A DNA stretch of 64,000 nt from Octopus vulgaris. Taxonomy: Eukaryota. Each line of letters starts with the position of its first letter. The stretch's first letter is position 1. The stretch is from NCBI GenBank assembly GCA_951406725.2, contig OX597824.1, positions 75,764,001 to 75,828,000 on the forward strand, read 5' to 3'. The notes under the pieces were generated by a model, which worked only from the letters and a program-made list of their open reading frames with translations, was not told the DNA's origin and did not search any database. Position numbers and translations under genes: made by a program. This document shows, in pieces, positions 50,030-63,254 of the stretch.

Positions 50030-51195
50030 TCTTTCCAGATAAACTGACACCTGACTGCTCAAGGAAAACTTTAGTAGTAACTAGTAGCAACTTCTCTTGA
50101 AAATGGACAAAATTTGACAGCGTGGTGTTATCATATACCTGCATCAAAGGGTTTAACCCCTCAAGGACGCTCATGAACTCGTGGTTGCTACATTGGCGGG
50201 GATGACGTTCCAGCTTTATCAACAGTGCAAAAGTGGGCAGATGAATTTAGGAGAGGAAAGGAGAGTTTTGAAGATGACCCAAGGTCTTGACGTCCTGCAG
50301 CTGCCACCACCAAGCAAAACATAGATCGTGTTCTCCACATAGAGGTGGATGATTGGCCCCATAGCCCATAAATCAAATAGCCAATGCTATTAGCATATCC
50401 CATGAGAGACTTGAGAATATTCTGCTCCATGAATTTGGAATGATAAAGATCTCTCCTCGGTGGGTGCCACGTCTTCTGACACCTGATCAAGAGCGCACCA
50501 GGCTGATCGCATCATGAGAAAATCTCACATTGTTTGAGGCAGATCCAGCTGGTTTCTTTGAACTCATCACTTTGGGCCAGAGAAAAAGAGACAATATATA
50601 CAGTGGAAACACCCCTCGTCACCTGGTCCAAACAAGACCAAGGTAGTTTTATCTGCAGGGAAGGTGATGGACTTAGTTTTTGAGGATACAAAATGTATTG
50701 TGTTTATTAACTGTCTTTTGAAGGGTCACACCATCAATTGAAAATACTGTGTCAACATGCTGAAGCAATTATGAAAGGCTATAAAAACCAAACGCCTAGA
50801 AAAACTGATGAAATGGTTCTTGTTTCATCAGGACAATGCTCCAGTACACAAGTCCTTGGTTTAAATAGCTGCTGTGAGTGACTGACTTTGAACTGGTTGA
50901 TCGCCCTCTGCATTCTCCTGATTTGGTTCTGTCTGACTATCATTTGTTCTCCATCATGAAAAAAAAAACATTTGGCTGACAACCAGTATCGTAGTGATGA
51001 TAGCATCATACCGGCTGTTGATGACATGTTTTGACCTGAGGACGAAAGCTTCTGCACCAATTGGATCCAAGTACTGCAACACATAGGGGAGAAGTGTGTG
51101 AACTGCACGGGGGAGTATGTTGAAAAATATACCTCATTTGGTTACCTTCCATAAGAGTATATTGGCCAGCCTATGAACTTTTCAGCCGATCCTCG
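50030..51195 (+). mobile_element. Mariner transposon, near full-length pseudogene
   Basis: MDKI*QRGVI...STVQKWADEFRRGKESFEDDPRS, WVPRLLTPDQ, FHQDNAPVH and HSPDLVLSDYHLF; 3' TIR aacttttcagccgatcctcg|ta; many stops. Confidence 0.9.
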
Positions 51196-51199
51196 TACT

Positions 51200-52000
51200 T
51201 ATAGCGAAGATTTTGAAAAATAGAAAAAAGAATAAGGTACTGAGTTTTTACTTGGAGATTATGTGGAATATTATACCACGTGACGTTTCTATTTCTATTT
51301 TTCTTATTTGTGTGAATATAATATTTAGTAAAGGCCTCCGTATCCAGGTCCTCCTTATAACAGGGGTCTTCCATTATTGTTACGTTTACTATTTAATTAT
51401 ATGCCCTCAATATCATATTTATGATTCGAATTTCACCGACCTGACTAATTTCCATTCATGCAAATGAGCTCTGCATTGATTTATTTCTTGTATTACTATT
51501 ACAACTGCTTGCTAAGTTTGTGGATACTGCTGTTAGGTATACAGGTATTCCAGTCTTTAAAACTACTACCACTTAGGGCCTCGTTATAGTATCAGGCATT
51601 ATCATTTAATATTTTCTCATTAGCTGACACTTTAAATACCTTAATAAACACATCGCTTACTATTAATTATGAATTTAGGGTGGTTAGATTATTTGTGGGT
51701 GCATCGCAATATTTCTTTAGGCCTTTAAGATGTGTTGTCTAATTTGGTGAAAATGTCCAAGATAACATCCAGGAAATTTACATTCTTTAGATATTCGTCG
51801 TAGCTGCTCAGCTGCTGGTGGCTTATAGCCTGCCACAGTAAAAGGCAATGGTCCCTATATAATCTTCCTTCGATTTCAGAAGGTTTTGTCGTACAACGTT
51901 AACCTCCACATGTATTACCAGTGGTTCATCGCAACTACCATTTTCAACACCAGTGGTACATTTTCATAATTTGAAAAAATATTTCTTTCTGTATCTTTGA
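51200..52000 (-). pseudogene. Penelope-like RT thumb/linker remnant
   Basis: VNFLDVI, HK*SNHP, YYNEAL and KKNRNRNVTWYNIPHNLQVKT (WFNPP-like). Confidence 0.7.
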
Positions 52001-52228
52001 CATGGTTTCGATTATATTTAAATAACATGAGTGCTAAATATTAAAGTTTACAAATGAGATTTTGTAAAAATGCATGAACAATTACTTTTCTTTGTAATTA
52101 ATCAGTATGAAGGGTGACCGCGCGAAATACGTGGTGTTATTAGTACGTTCCACTAACGGGCAATGGCAGTTAACGTGTTAAAGTTATAGAGTAGTTATTA
52201 CAATATTACAATAGTTTTAAAGTTACAC

Positions 52229-52643
52229 AGGCGCAGGAGTGGCTGTGTGGTAAGTAGCTTGTTTACCAACCACATGGTTCCAGGTTCAGTCCCACTGCGT
52301 AGCACCTTGGGCAAGTGTCTTCTACTATAGCCTCGGGCCGACCAAAGCCTTGTGAGTGGATTTGGTAGACGGAAACTGAAAAGAAGCCCGTCGTATATAT
52401 GTATATATATATATGCATGTGTGTGTTTGTGTGTCTGTGTTTGTCCCCCTAGCATTGCTTGACAACCGATGCTGGTGTGTTTTCGTCCCCGTTACTTAGC
52501 GGTTCGGCCAAAGAGACCGATAGAATAAGTACTGGGCTTACAAAAGAATAAGTCCCGGGATCGAGTTGCTCGATTAAAGGCGGTGCTCCAGCATGGCCGC
52601 AGTCAAATGACTGAAACAAGTAAAAGAGTAAAAGAGTAAAAGA
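52229..52643 (+). mobile_element. SINE family A, full length
   Basis: Nearly identical to 8341-8770. Confidence 0.9.
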
Positions 52644-53116
52644 GCTATCTGAAAGGGTCAGTCACGTGATCAGAGTTCATAGATTACATAATGATATCGA
52701 AAAAGCCACTGTGAGAGTGCCATGTCCATTAGTCACTCTCAAATTTTATTAACGTGTTTCAAAAATGATATCTATATCTTTCTTAGTTATTGAAGTTATT
52801 TTTACCAGCGGAAAATGAGTTACTTGTTTAAGAGTATTATTGATGCAGAGAAACAATGGCTGTCAATAGAAAATTCAATAAGCATTGTATTTTTCTTTAT
52901 CTTTTAAGTTACTAAACCTAGTTAGTACTTGCTCGGCGTTTTCCTAAGCTCCGGTTTCACTTATTCTCTTGACTTCTAGTAATATTCGGTAGAATATTCC
53001 GTAGCTTAGTCTGTTTAACTAAAACAGACGGACGTATTTACCTGATAGCCAGGCACCCACACAGGTTAAGTTTTGTGGTTCTTCAGACTGAACCGGGACA
53101 GCTTAGGTGATACTTG

Positions 53117-53172
<56 letters not shown>

Positions 53173-53284
53173 TGTGTGTGTGTGCGTGTGTGTGTGTGTG
53201 TGTGTTTTCATTTACCGAGAAGTTATACATTAGACCTAAATAAATACGTGTTGAGTATTCTTTGATACGTTATAGGTAAAAAAA

Positions 53285-53972
53285 AAAAGGGTAAAGACTT
53301 CCCCCTATCGGTCAAGAATGACCATGGGATTGTACCCAGAAAGTTACCCTCCGGGGCACAAGTCCGGGGCAAGGTTGTTTATGGAAAACCAGCAGTCGTC
53401 CATGTATACCAGCCTCCCCTCTCCACACCACTGGTGTTATCCAAGGGAACGGCAAAGGGGCCGATACAGCCTGGCACCATTGACGCCGCAACTCATTTCT
53501 GCTACTGAGCGAACTGGAGCAACGTGAAATAAAGTGTGTTGCTCAAGAACACAACACACAGCTGGGTTCTGGAATCGAAATCACTATCTACCTCATGATT
53601 GTGAGCCCGACGCTCTAACCACTGAGCCATGTGCCTTAATACTCATAATTCCAGTTCTTCAAGTTAAGCGCTTCCGATCATTCAGCCCAGCAGGTAATCC
53701 GAGGCTGTTTTCCTTCAAATACAGGTTCGGGCAAGTAAAAGTCATAATGTAACCTCATACCAGTTGGTTTTCCGCTTATACTTTCATTCTGTTATACACG
53801 CACTTTATTTCACGTTACTCCAGTTCGCTCAACTGCAGAAATTAGTTGCGGCGTCACTGGTGCCTGGCTCTATCGGCCTTTGCCGTTCCCTTGAATAACA
53901 TCAGTGGCGTGGAGAGGGGAAGCTGGTACGCATAGGCAACTGCTGGTTTTCCATAAACAACCTTGCCCCGGA
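53285..53972. mobile_element. Inverted pair of Meta/V-like SINEs (53285-53636 minus; 53797-53972 plus)
   Basis: cactttatttcacgtt...aaacaaccttgccccggac present in both orientations. Confidence 0.8.
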
Positions 53973-54257
53973 CATCTATAGCCAATCATTGTTTGGCTGG
54001 TATAATATCATTGCTTTTAATTGCAGTTCAAGTAGATTTCGGTAGCAAAGTCAACTTCAGTAATAACTGTATATACCAACAGTATAAGATTCCTGTATAT
54101 ATAAAATTCCTGTACCTTATATGTATACCATTCTGCCTAAATAATGGAACTGCAGATACAATATCCCTGCATATCTCACGTCTATTTTCATTCCTCCACT
54201 TCACTCTCTGTTTCTTATCTTCTCTAGAATAACTATTGCTTATCCATTTTCTCACTC

Positions 54258-54306
54258 CGACTCCGATGAGGAGATATATAAAATATCACGGAAACAGCTG
54301 TAAGAC
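54258..54306 (+). ncRNA. Decayed hammerhead motif
   Basis: ct-CCGATGA-ggagatat ataaa atatcacg-GAAA-cagctg-TA-ag; U4 mutated and stems weakened. Confidence 0.45.
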
Positions 54307-54366
54307 CTTCTATTTATAAATGTTCTGAAATCTTTCACAGCCTTGGATTTTTATCTCATTTTGTTA

Positions 54367-54414
<48 letters not shown>

Positions 54415-54739
54415 AGGGGGAGGGAAAGAGATAGATTCATACATGCATAGACACACACACATGTACATTTTGTGCATTGTAGAAATATATCCAATTTATT
54501 TCAGTTAAATTTTAACAACACAATCTTATATGTATACCCGAGGGTCATATGGACCTCCGAAAACAACTGGTATAAGTTAACCAAACGACACAGGATTGTA
54601 TAGGGACAGCTTCCTTATTACTATGGCAGACAGTCACCCATCAGCAGTTGAGCAGACGCGAAAAAAGTTACGAAGATTATCAGGTGTCATATATAAGAGA
54701 AATGAAGTCATTATGGTTTAAATAGCCCAGACCATTGTA

Positions 54740-56895
54740 TTTTAAATGGCTAACAAATACCTACACGACTCCAACATCGTCATTCAATTGACTAAATATC
54801 ACAGCTAAAAGTCCTTCAGTCACACTTGCTGCTTTTTTCTTTTAAGTGAAGGACGCATTGATAATACTCTCCCTTGATATGCTGTTTGGGAGTAAAAATA
54901 ACAGAATGGTTACTTGATGGAATCTGTTCTAGCTCAAGGTATAGGCGCATTGAATAGTTGCCCAAGGAATCCACCAGTGTAAAGGCTAATACTAATCTAT
55001 GTAAGATATGGTTGGGGGCCCCCGGGTCATTGCTTTCTCTGGAGGGAAGTTATAATGTTGTAAAAATGGTCCTCGTTGGAATAGCTTTAGCCATAAGTCA
55101 GTTAGATTGACTTTAGGCTAAGTAGTAATAATTTGCCTTGTCTAATGATGAGACTCTAACGTGGTTGCTTGTCCTATAAGAGATAACAGCCAAGTCTAAC
55201 TCAAATTACCCCTGCCCCTCTACTACAGTTTTAATTTTAAAAAGGGAAGAAATACATTGGATAATGTAGTTGTTGGGAAAAGACGCAATGAGCACGACTG
55301 ACACACGGCTAAACAGCAATAACTATAACTGTCTAATGAAGGTATTCTACGTGGTTGTATTACCTTGCTAAAAGTCGCAACCAAAATATCTTCGCCAATC
55401 ACTGTTATCTTAATAAAAAGGAATTAGGCGATGTACTTGTAACGGCAATGTAATTTCGTTGAAGTCAAAAGTCACCAATTGTAACGGTTTGGTATTATGA
55501 TACATGCTGGCGTTGGCAGTTAGCGATTGTAACGAGTGTTGCTGTTGCAGATGTGCAAGATGAAAGAAGAACAGTGATCGAAGTTGTAAAGAAATATTTA
55601 TCTACCGTTACTTAATATAATGACATGCTTCGACAGGCAGATGTGATATAATTGAAAGAGCATGCAAGGTTAAGAAAGTTAATTTCGGCCTCTATATGTG
55701 TACAAGTGAGCCCTTGAAAGCTATAGAGTCGAGGGAAGTTGTGTCTCATAGTTGGCTGATTGTACCTTCTTTCTCCCTCTGGCCGTTTGTCTTTAGTGGC
55801 TGCCTGCTTGTGGCCATGGCTCTATTTGGTTTCTGTTCACTAACTGATGGTTGCTCTCACTAACTGATTTTTGCCTTACCAATTTCTAGTATTTATAACT
55901 ATCCAAAACCAGCTAGAATGACAGACATATTGTTGAGAACAATAGATTTCGTTGGGGGTCTGTTATCTCTATTCTAGCTTTTGGTGGCCTAGAAGAGGTT
56001 GGAAGGATCAAGTGGCAAAGACATTATTTTGCTTAGCGAAGGCATCTGGCAAATGTAACTGCTGTCACTCACAGAAAAACTATTCTTGTACCGTGAGAAA
56101 AGTGCTGGTTATCGAGGATCGAATCCACATTATGCCTGCACGAAGCCACTACATACTCATAGATACACAACCTGTAGGAACAAGACAGACGCGATAATCA
56201 TAGGCCTGCTCCTTTCGGACTGGTCTGGGTCTAAACAACTTGTGCCGCGTAAGGATGGCATAGAGAGCGACGACGGTAGGTAGAGATAGTCTGTGTTTTG
56301 AAATAGCAATGCTTAGATCTTTGTGTTGAATCAACATCCTTTCAAGGAATATATTCAATGCTCAGATTCACGTAATCGCATGGATCACATGATCTATGGC
56401 ATGGATCCACGACTGTATGCCGTCGATCCAGTGATTCGGCTAATGACAAGCTATCATTTAGAAATGAGTTATCTACCCAAAGACTTAATATTCGTTGGGA
56501 TGCCAAAGCTCCAATTTCGGTATAAGGAGTCTCTACATGGTTGCTCGGCTTGCTGGGTAGAAATAGCAGATAAATTTCCCTCGAATCACCGTGGATATTG
56601 TAACTGAAAGAACAAAAAATGATTAGTTATAATCAAGTAACAATTTAGCTGCTCAAAAACTAAATAGTCAGTGCCAGACCAGTCTTCCCAAGAAAGTTTT
56701 TACACGGTCGCACGGTTTGCTAAAAATAGCAGCCAAATCTCCTTCAAATTATATCTTTGTCACTTAGAGAAAAAGAGTGAAAGGACATATTTGTTAAAGT
56801 GATCCTCAGTTCACGGTGCCTAAAACAAGGCGGGATGGTCACGGTTTAAACGCTTTTTATCATAGATCTACAGTTTGCTTGGTCTGGGCTAGGAG
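54740..56895 (+). repeat. Cluster of at least five decayed copies of one ~200-bp repeat
   Basis: Recurring ctacRtggtt...gctaRaaatagcagccaaatct...tcaaat...aaaaag..cattggataa at ~54760, 55155, 55347, 56532 and 56700. Confidence 0.6.
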
Positions 56896-58844
56896 ACGTA
56901 TAGCAGCACTAAAACAATTAAATCGTTCACAGACGATAATTGTGATTGGGCCAAGGGAAGTAATCAGAATACTAATTGATTTGCGTTGATTAATTCCAAT
57001 CACTGATAGTGTTACTAATACGAAACAGCAAACAAAAGAAGAAAAAAAATTTTTTTTAATTAAAAAGCAATCGTATATTTAATGTAAAATTAAATATTCT
57101 TTTAAAATTTGAATTCGTATATTAATTAAATTTCAAAGAATATATTTACTAATTCAATTAATAAATATCTTTTGTTGTTTATTAAAACAACGCAACTGCG
57201 GCTGCTTGTTGGCGTATATGTTATTAGATGACTGCTAATGGCCAAAGGGAGACAACAGGATTAGACTTACATTTATGGAAGAAGTTCGATATTTCTAGGA
57301 CGTGTGTACGTTTGTAAATTATCAGGCTTTTTTGCAATATATTCGTTATACCCGAGATATTAAATAAATATTATTATTATTGTAGATATATAGCAGTTTA
57401 AATAATGCAGTTTGTTTATCCTTATTTCTCTTAGATGCTCGTTTACAACACGAAACATCGAAAATGGTATTGATGCATATGACGATGAATATTCACTGGT
57501 AAATAAGGAGATTAGCGGCGTGATTTTTCAATTATTTTTCCCCCTTTTTTTAAGGATATAGAAATATAATTTATTTTATCTCTAAAGTAATAACAAAATA
57601 TTGTTTAATATATGTTTTCCTTTTCACTCCAGCGTTAAATATATTTCATTTCAAAAGCACGTGTAATACAAAACTTCTTAAAAACAACATTAAGAATTAG
57701 AAAAAAAATATTAATTAAGGATATATTATTAGTCAGTAACATTTTTATTTTTAAAAGAGTGTTTAGCAAGCGGGAAAAACTCATTTCGGTAGCTTCTACG
57801 TATTTAATTAGGATCAGCATTTTTTAAAAATAATTTATACATCATGTAATGGTGTATAAGTACTATTTTAAAAACGTGTGTATTACAAGGATAAAACATT
57901 CAGACAACTTATGAATATCGAATTAAAAACACATTAAATTATAGCATGTAATGAATGATGTACAAAAATGAATCGAAAATTTCGAAAAGATACAAGTCGT
58001 AAATCATATTTTTGCTTTCGTTTCGATTACCACATTTTTACATATTCCTCATTTTCATAGAACTCATACCACGAGTCTCCGAATTTACCCACTTATTATT
58101 TATTATTATTCGTTTGTTTGTCTGAGCAACAGCATTGTAATTAAATTAAATATAATGCAGTAGTATGTAAAAAGAATGTTAAAGAACGGCATCGAAAACT
58201 AAAAATAAAGAAACGAGTCAGTCATAAAGCGGTGGCGGTGATGACGACGACGATAAACAATAACAAGGAATGTTTGTTGTCAAGAAAGGGGAGATAATCT
58301 AACACCTCCACTGGATTAAATACAATTATAGTTTAACGTTACTACTAGGTCAATGTGACATGACCTTGACCTTCACTAGTAGCAAATACACCAATTTAGC
58401 TGCTAGTATCGTACAACTGTGATATTTGTAGCCAGCTGTTGTTTATCCCTAGGTGGACACCTTGGATAAGAAGAGCTATGCTCGTGGCCATTCTACTGAT
58501 GCCTAGCTCGTTTTTATCCGTTCTCTTTCTCTGTATCAGTCATGGATGCGACCATACTGGAGCACCGCTTTAGAGGCGTTTAGTCGAAGGAATCGCCCCA
58601 GTACTTTTTGCAATTTTTTTTTGTTTGTTTTTTTTTAGCCAGGGACTTGTCGAACGTCTAGAATGTGGGGACGTGAACAAACTAACATCGGCTGTTAAGC
58701 GTTGGTAACGAACAAAACAAACACAAAGACAAACAATTATATATATGTGTGTGTGTATGTATTACATACATGTACATATGTATGTGTGTGTGTATATATA
58801 TAAATGTGTTTGTGTGTGTGTATACATACATGTATGTATGTATA

Positions 58845-59418
58845 TCTATATATATAAAACTGTAGTTGTGTGAGTGTCTGTCTCCTACGATTTAGATTCC
58901 TAACTACTCCCACATTTTGCGGTGCAGTTTAACCAAATTCGGGTATCTTATAGTCGTGATTCATATCGAGCCCGTCTGGGTATTAGCGCGCGTCTACGAT
59001 GAGTCTACGATTTAAAAAATAATTTAACATCATTTTTTTCCATTTTAACGCATATTTTTTCGTGTGTCGATGGCGGCGGAGTTGGCGTCCATGGTCACAC
59101 CTGCACCTGTGTTGCTTCTCCCCCCTCTTCCCTCTCTCGTGAAGCTGTGGGGAAGGGAGTGTAAGGAAATCAACGTCGTAAAGCGTTGTCAAGGAGACCA
59201 GCGTTCTTTTAGAACAACGACTTCATGGCTTGAAGACACCAAAACAGAAAATGTCTACGATGAGTCAACGATTTAAAAAAAAATTTACCATAATTTTACC
59301 AAAATTTTTTTTCCATTTTTAATGTATTATTTTTGCTATTTTTTGGCTATAACTCTCTAAAAATGCTTATATAGTTATTTCCCTTACAAACCCGAGCAAC
59401 GCCGGGCGATACTGCTAG
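58845..59418 (+). mobile_element. Non-autonomous Helitron, body type 1, with an extra GC-rich internal segment
   Basis: a|TC...hairpin-CTAG|t; 59062-59250 is absent from the other copies. Confidence 0.85.
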
Positions 59419-60019
59419 TATATATATATATATAGAGAGAGAGGTGGACACCTTGAATAGGGGGTGGTCATGGAATTTCAGTTTCTGCCTACCAAATCCG
59501 CTCATAAGGCTTTGGTTGTTTCGTGGCTACCGTGAAAGGAAGACACTTGCCCAAGGTGCCACGCAGTGAAACTGAACCTGGAACAATGTGGTTGAAAAAC
59601 AAAACTTCTTACCACACAGCCGTGACTGCGTCTTTATCCATTTATGTATTTTCAATTTCTTTATTCATCTTTATTTTTTTTTCACTCGACATTATCCAGT
59701 GCGGCCTTCCATTTCCACGAAAGTAGGATGTTATCTGAAGTTAAATTACACTTCGTTTTCGGTGTTGTTTCTAGCAGTTGTGGCTAGATCGTTTGAAATG
59801 TCGAAGATCAATTTCTTCCAGTGTTTAGTTATGGCCCTTTATGTTCTGAGTTCAAATCGTTCCGAGGTTAATTTTTCATTCTATCGTCCCCCAGTTGATT
59901 GAATAAAGAAAGATAAACCACCCACACAAAACAAAACACACAAAAAACGCACATATACACACACCCATACATACATACACACACACACACATACATAGAT
60001 ACATACATACATATATCGC

Positions 60020-60253
60020 CCTTTTAAAACTTAGCCAGGCTCATGGGCCCGGTTTCCATGGCGTATGTGTCCCCCAGCTGGACAGGACGGCAATCCATCG
60101 CAGCTTTACTCATTTTTGCCATCTGAGTGGACTGGAGCAACGTGAAATGAAGTGCTTTGCTCAAGAACACAACGCGTCGCCCGGTTCAGGAATCGAAACC
60201 ACAACCTTACGATCACGATGCTGACACGCTAACCACTAAGCCACGTGCTTCCA
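60020..60253 (-). mobile_element. Meta/V-like SINE with tail T2
   Basis: Homologous to 17213-17460. Confidence 0.75.
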
Positions 60254-60331
60254 CACACACACACACACACACATATATATGCTTGTATTGTCATTCATTT
60301 ACATATGTGTGAGTGTGTGTGTGTGTGAGAG

Positions 60332-60369
<38 letters not shown>

Positions 60370-60404
60370 TGTGTGTATGTGTGTGTGTGTGTGTGTGTGT
60401 GTAT

Positions 60405-60680
60405 ACGGCACATGGTCAAGTGGTTAGGGCGTTATACTCACGATCTCACGACCGTGGTTCCGATTCCAAGCAAAACACTCCATCTCACGTTGTTCTGCAA
60501 TCACTTCGACACCTGACGCGTGGGACACAGTGCACCTGTTCAGGTAACGTCAGTTTGATGGAGAGAGAGTGAGCTAATGTGCTGCACGAACATTTGATCA
60601 CTACAAACAAATCATTTGTGCAGGTCGTTAAGGAAGCTGAAAGGCTCATGCGTCGTCTTCGACGGGAGAGAGTCCGTTAC
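60405..60680 (+). mobile_element. tRNA-derived SINE, another tail type
   Basis: ggcacatggtcaagtggttagggcg head; tail gagtgagctaatgt...catttga shared with 37330-37800. Confidence 0.6.
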
Positions 60681-60689
60681 ATACTCTCT

Positions 60690-61085
60690 TTTACTATTTT
60701 ACTTGTTTCAGTCATTTGACTGCGGCCATGCTGGAGCACCGCCTTTAGTCGAGCAAATCGACCCCGGGACTTATTCTTTTGTAAGCCCAGTACTTATTCT
60801 ATCAGTCTCTTTTTACCGAACGGCTAAGTAACGGGGACGTAAACACACCAGCATCGGTTGTCAAGCAATGCTAGGGGGACAAACACAGACACATAAACAC
60901 ACACATATATATACGTATATACGACAGGCTTCTTTCAGTTTCCGTCTACCAAATCCACTCACAATGCATTGGTCGGCCCGGGGCTATAGTAGAAGACACT
61001 TGCCCAAGATGCCACGCAGTGGGACTGAACCCGGAACCATGTGGTTGTTTAGCAAGCTACTTACCACACAGCCACTTCTGCGCCT
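60690..61085 (-). mobile_element. SINE family A, full length
   Basis: Reverse complement of the family consensus. Confidence 0.9.
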
Positions 61086-61107
61086 ATGTTATTTGATATA
61101 ATATAAT

Positions 61108-61320
61108 CTTTTCTACTCTAAGCACAAAACCCAAAATTTGGGGGAAAAAGGAGGATAGTCGATTACATTGACCCTAGTGTTTCACTGGTACTTATTTAAT
61201 CGACCCCGAAAGAATGAAAGGCATAGTCGACCTCAGCGGAATTTGAACTCAGAACGTAGCAGCAGACGAAATGCCGCTAAGCATTTCGCCTAGCGTGCTA
61301 ACGCTTCTGCCAGCTCGCCG
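61108..61320 (-). mobile_element. SINE family C monomer
   Basis: Family consensus. Confidence 0.85.
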
Positions 61321-61343
61321 ACTTATATAATATATAATATAGT

Positions 61344-61389
<46 letters not shown>

Positions 61390-61407
61390 CTTTATAGATA
61401 TATATAC

Positions 61408-61564
61408 TTTATTTAAAGCAAAAACTGTCCGATGAACGGCAACGGGTAACTCAGAGTAACAGGTTTTGTTGAATTTTCTGCTGCTTTAAATAAAGCATAT
61501 TACTCTACCACTGGTATTTGAGTACTCTTTTTTCCACCTTGTTTCACATTTATGTGTTTACTCC

Positions 61565-61569
<5 letters not shown>
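61408..61569 (+). mobile_element. Penelope-type short module with decayed hammerhead, paralogue of 11341-11490
   Basis: aaaactgt-CCGATGA-acggcaacgg-GTAA-ctcagag-TA-acaggtttt; inverted tttatttaaagca at the 5' end. Confidence 0.7.
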
Positions 61570-61619
<50 letters not shown>

Positions 61620-61949
61620 GGTGGGGTAGATTTGATTAAAAGGGTTCCCATTAAGGATCTTGGTATGTCAAATTGGAGCACACCTCAATCAATGACTTTA
61701 CAGAATGACGCAAATCAGACAGTTTCGTAATCCAATACCGTTGAACGGAAAGTATAGTTTATGGGAAAGTCACTGCTGTTTGATAATCTGCAACTCTGAT
61801 AGCTTCCACAGATGAATGTTATATCTTGTGCTGATACAATTGTTTCATCAAGAGTCTTTATAATGAAGCAAACATACCAGAATTACCGTCTAATATGTGA
61901 TATGTACGACACACATAAAATCATGTGTACGTTATGCAACTCTCAACTC

Positions 61950-62945
61950 ATCGGGCTTACCAACTATAAAAGCGAGCAGTGACATGGCATAAATAAACAA
62001 GCGTTAGTTAAATATCGAAATTTAGAGAGATCAGTTATATGTGGAATGAAGTTATGAGTTGAAAGGTTAAAATTAATAGAGAAGGAAAAGCAGAAGCGAT
62101 AGTCACAGTAAAAAGTCGATAAATATTAATCCCAGCGATTCTATTAGAGTACGCAAAAGTAGCGGATATATGATCAATTATTACGATTAAAATACACTAG
62201 GCTACCTAAATATATTCACTGAATCTTATTACCTGAAATTAATGTCTATATTCTAGAGTTATTGATACTTATCCAGCACTCAGAGAAGACTTTATACAGT
62301 CGGTTATAAGAAGATTCGACGGACAGAATGTGGATATTTGGTCTTCAATTCATCACATCTATTAATAACATTACCCGTATGTTTCAAAACTTCCAACAAT
62401 TCCAGCCAGCGGAGATTGCAACAATATCTATTACTAACATAACTCTTAGAGTGTCTAGCGATGTTCCACATTGAATGAAAATCGATATTTTTGTCCTTTA
62501 ACTCCCAGATCCTTTTGGAAAATGATGCTTTTTTTGGTTTATCTTCCCTTCTAAATGAATTAAGATTAATGTTGATTTAAAATTACAAGAAGTGGAACCC
62601 ACGTAAGTGTAAGTATATACATTAATTTTAACATCACATTTATATACAATGCTTTTGGTCAGGCATTTATTTCCTAGTGGATATTCAAATTTCTTCCTAA
62701 AATTACACAATCTAGTTAATATTGTAGGTGACATAAATCATACAATTTCACGCTGCACAGCAGTAAAGTTGCTATGTGCGTTAGCCACTCCATCAACATT
62801 TCTATTACCATGATTCGTACTGTTATTATTGTAAACATCACTCAGTCTCCTAAGTATTATTATTATTACTGTTACAGTTGCTATTATTGTCGTGGCTATC
62901 GCCACAACTATTCTCACCAGTATATTTATTTTTATTGTTGTTATT

Positions 62946-62978
<33 letters not shown>

Positions 62979-62984
62979 CTTCTT

Positions 62985-63020
<36 letters not shown>

Positions 63021-63050
63021 ATTAGCATCTTTCAATTCTGTTTCCATTTC
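61950..63050 (-). pseudogene. Second Penelope-like GIY-YIG remnant, same family as 32565-35130
   Basis: RLCNFRKKFEYPLGNKCLTKSIVYKCDVKINVYTYTYVGSTSCNFKS; upstream poly-K/poly-N linker; downstream aactgatctctctaaatttc shared with ~34290. Confidence 0.75.
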
Positions 63051-63254
63051 TTATCGAGTGTCTTTCTGACACCTAGGGCAGAGAAACGTACTGTATACAT
63101 TGGTAGGCCATTAAAATAAGCACACCAGATTGTTCATTCACAAAGTCATGTTATAGATAAAAAGAGGAAGAAAGACAGAGAGAAAAGGAAAAAATAAAAA
63201 AGTAAACAAAGAAAACAAAGAAAATAAAGTGGGAAAAAGGAAAGAAAATTCACA

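Noticed and set aside
52198-52455. Recurrent peptides such as MLGGQTQTHKH...FSFRLPNPLTRLW and FRLPLRSEFKFRRGRL
   Set aside because: They are chance translations of SINE consensus sequences, not a gene family.
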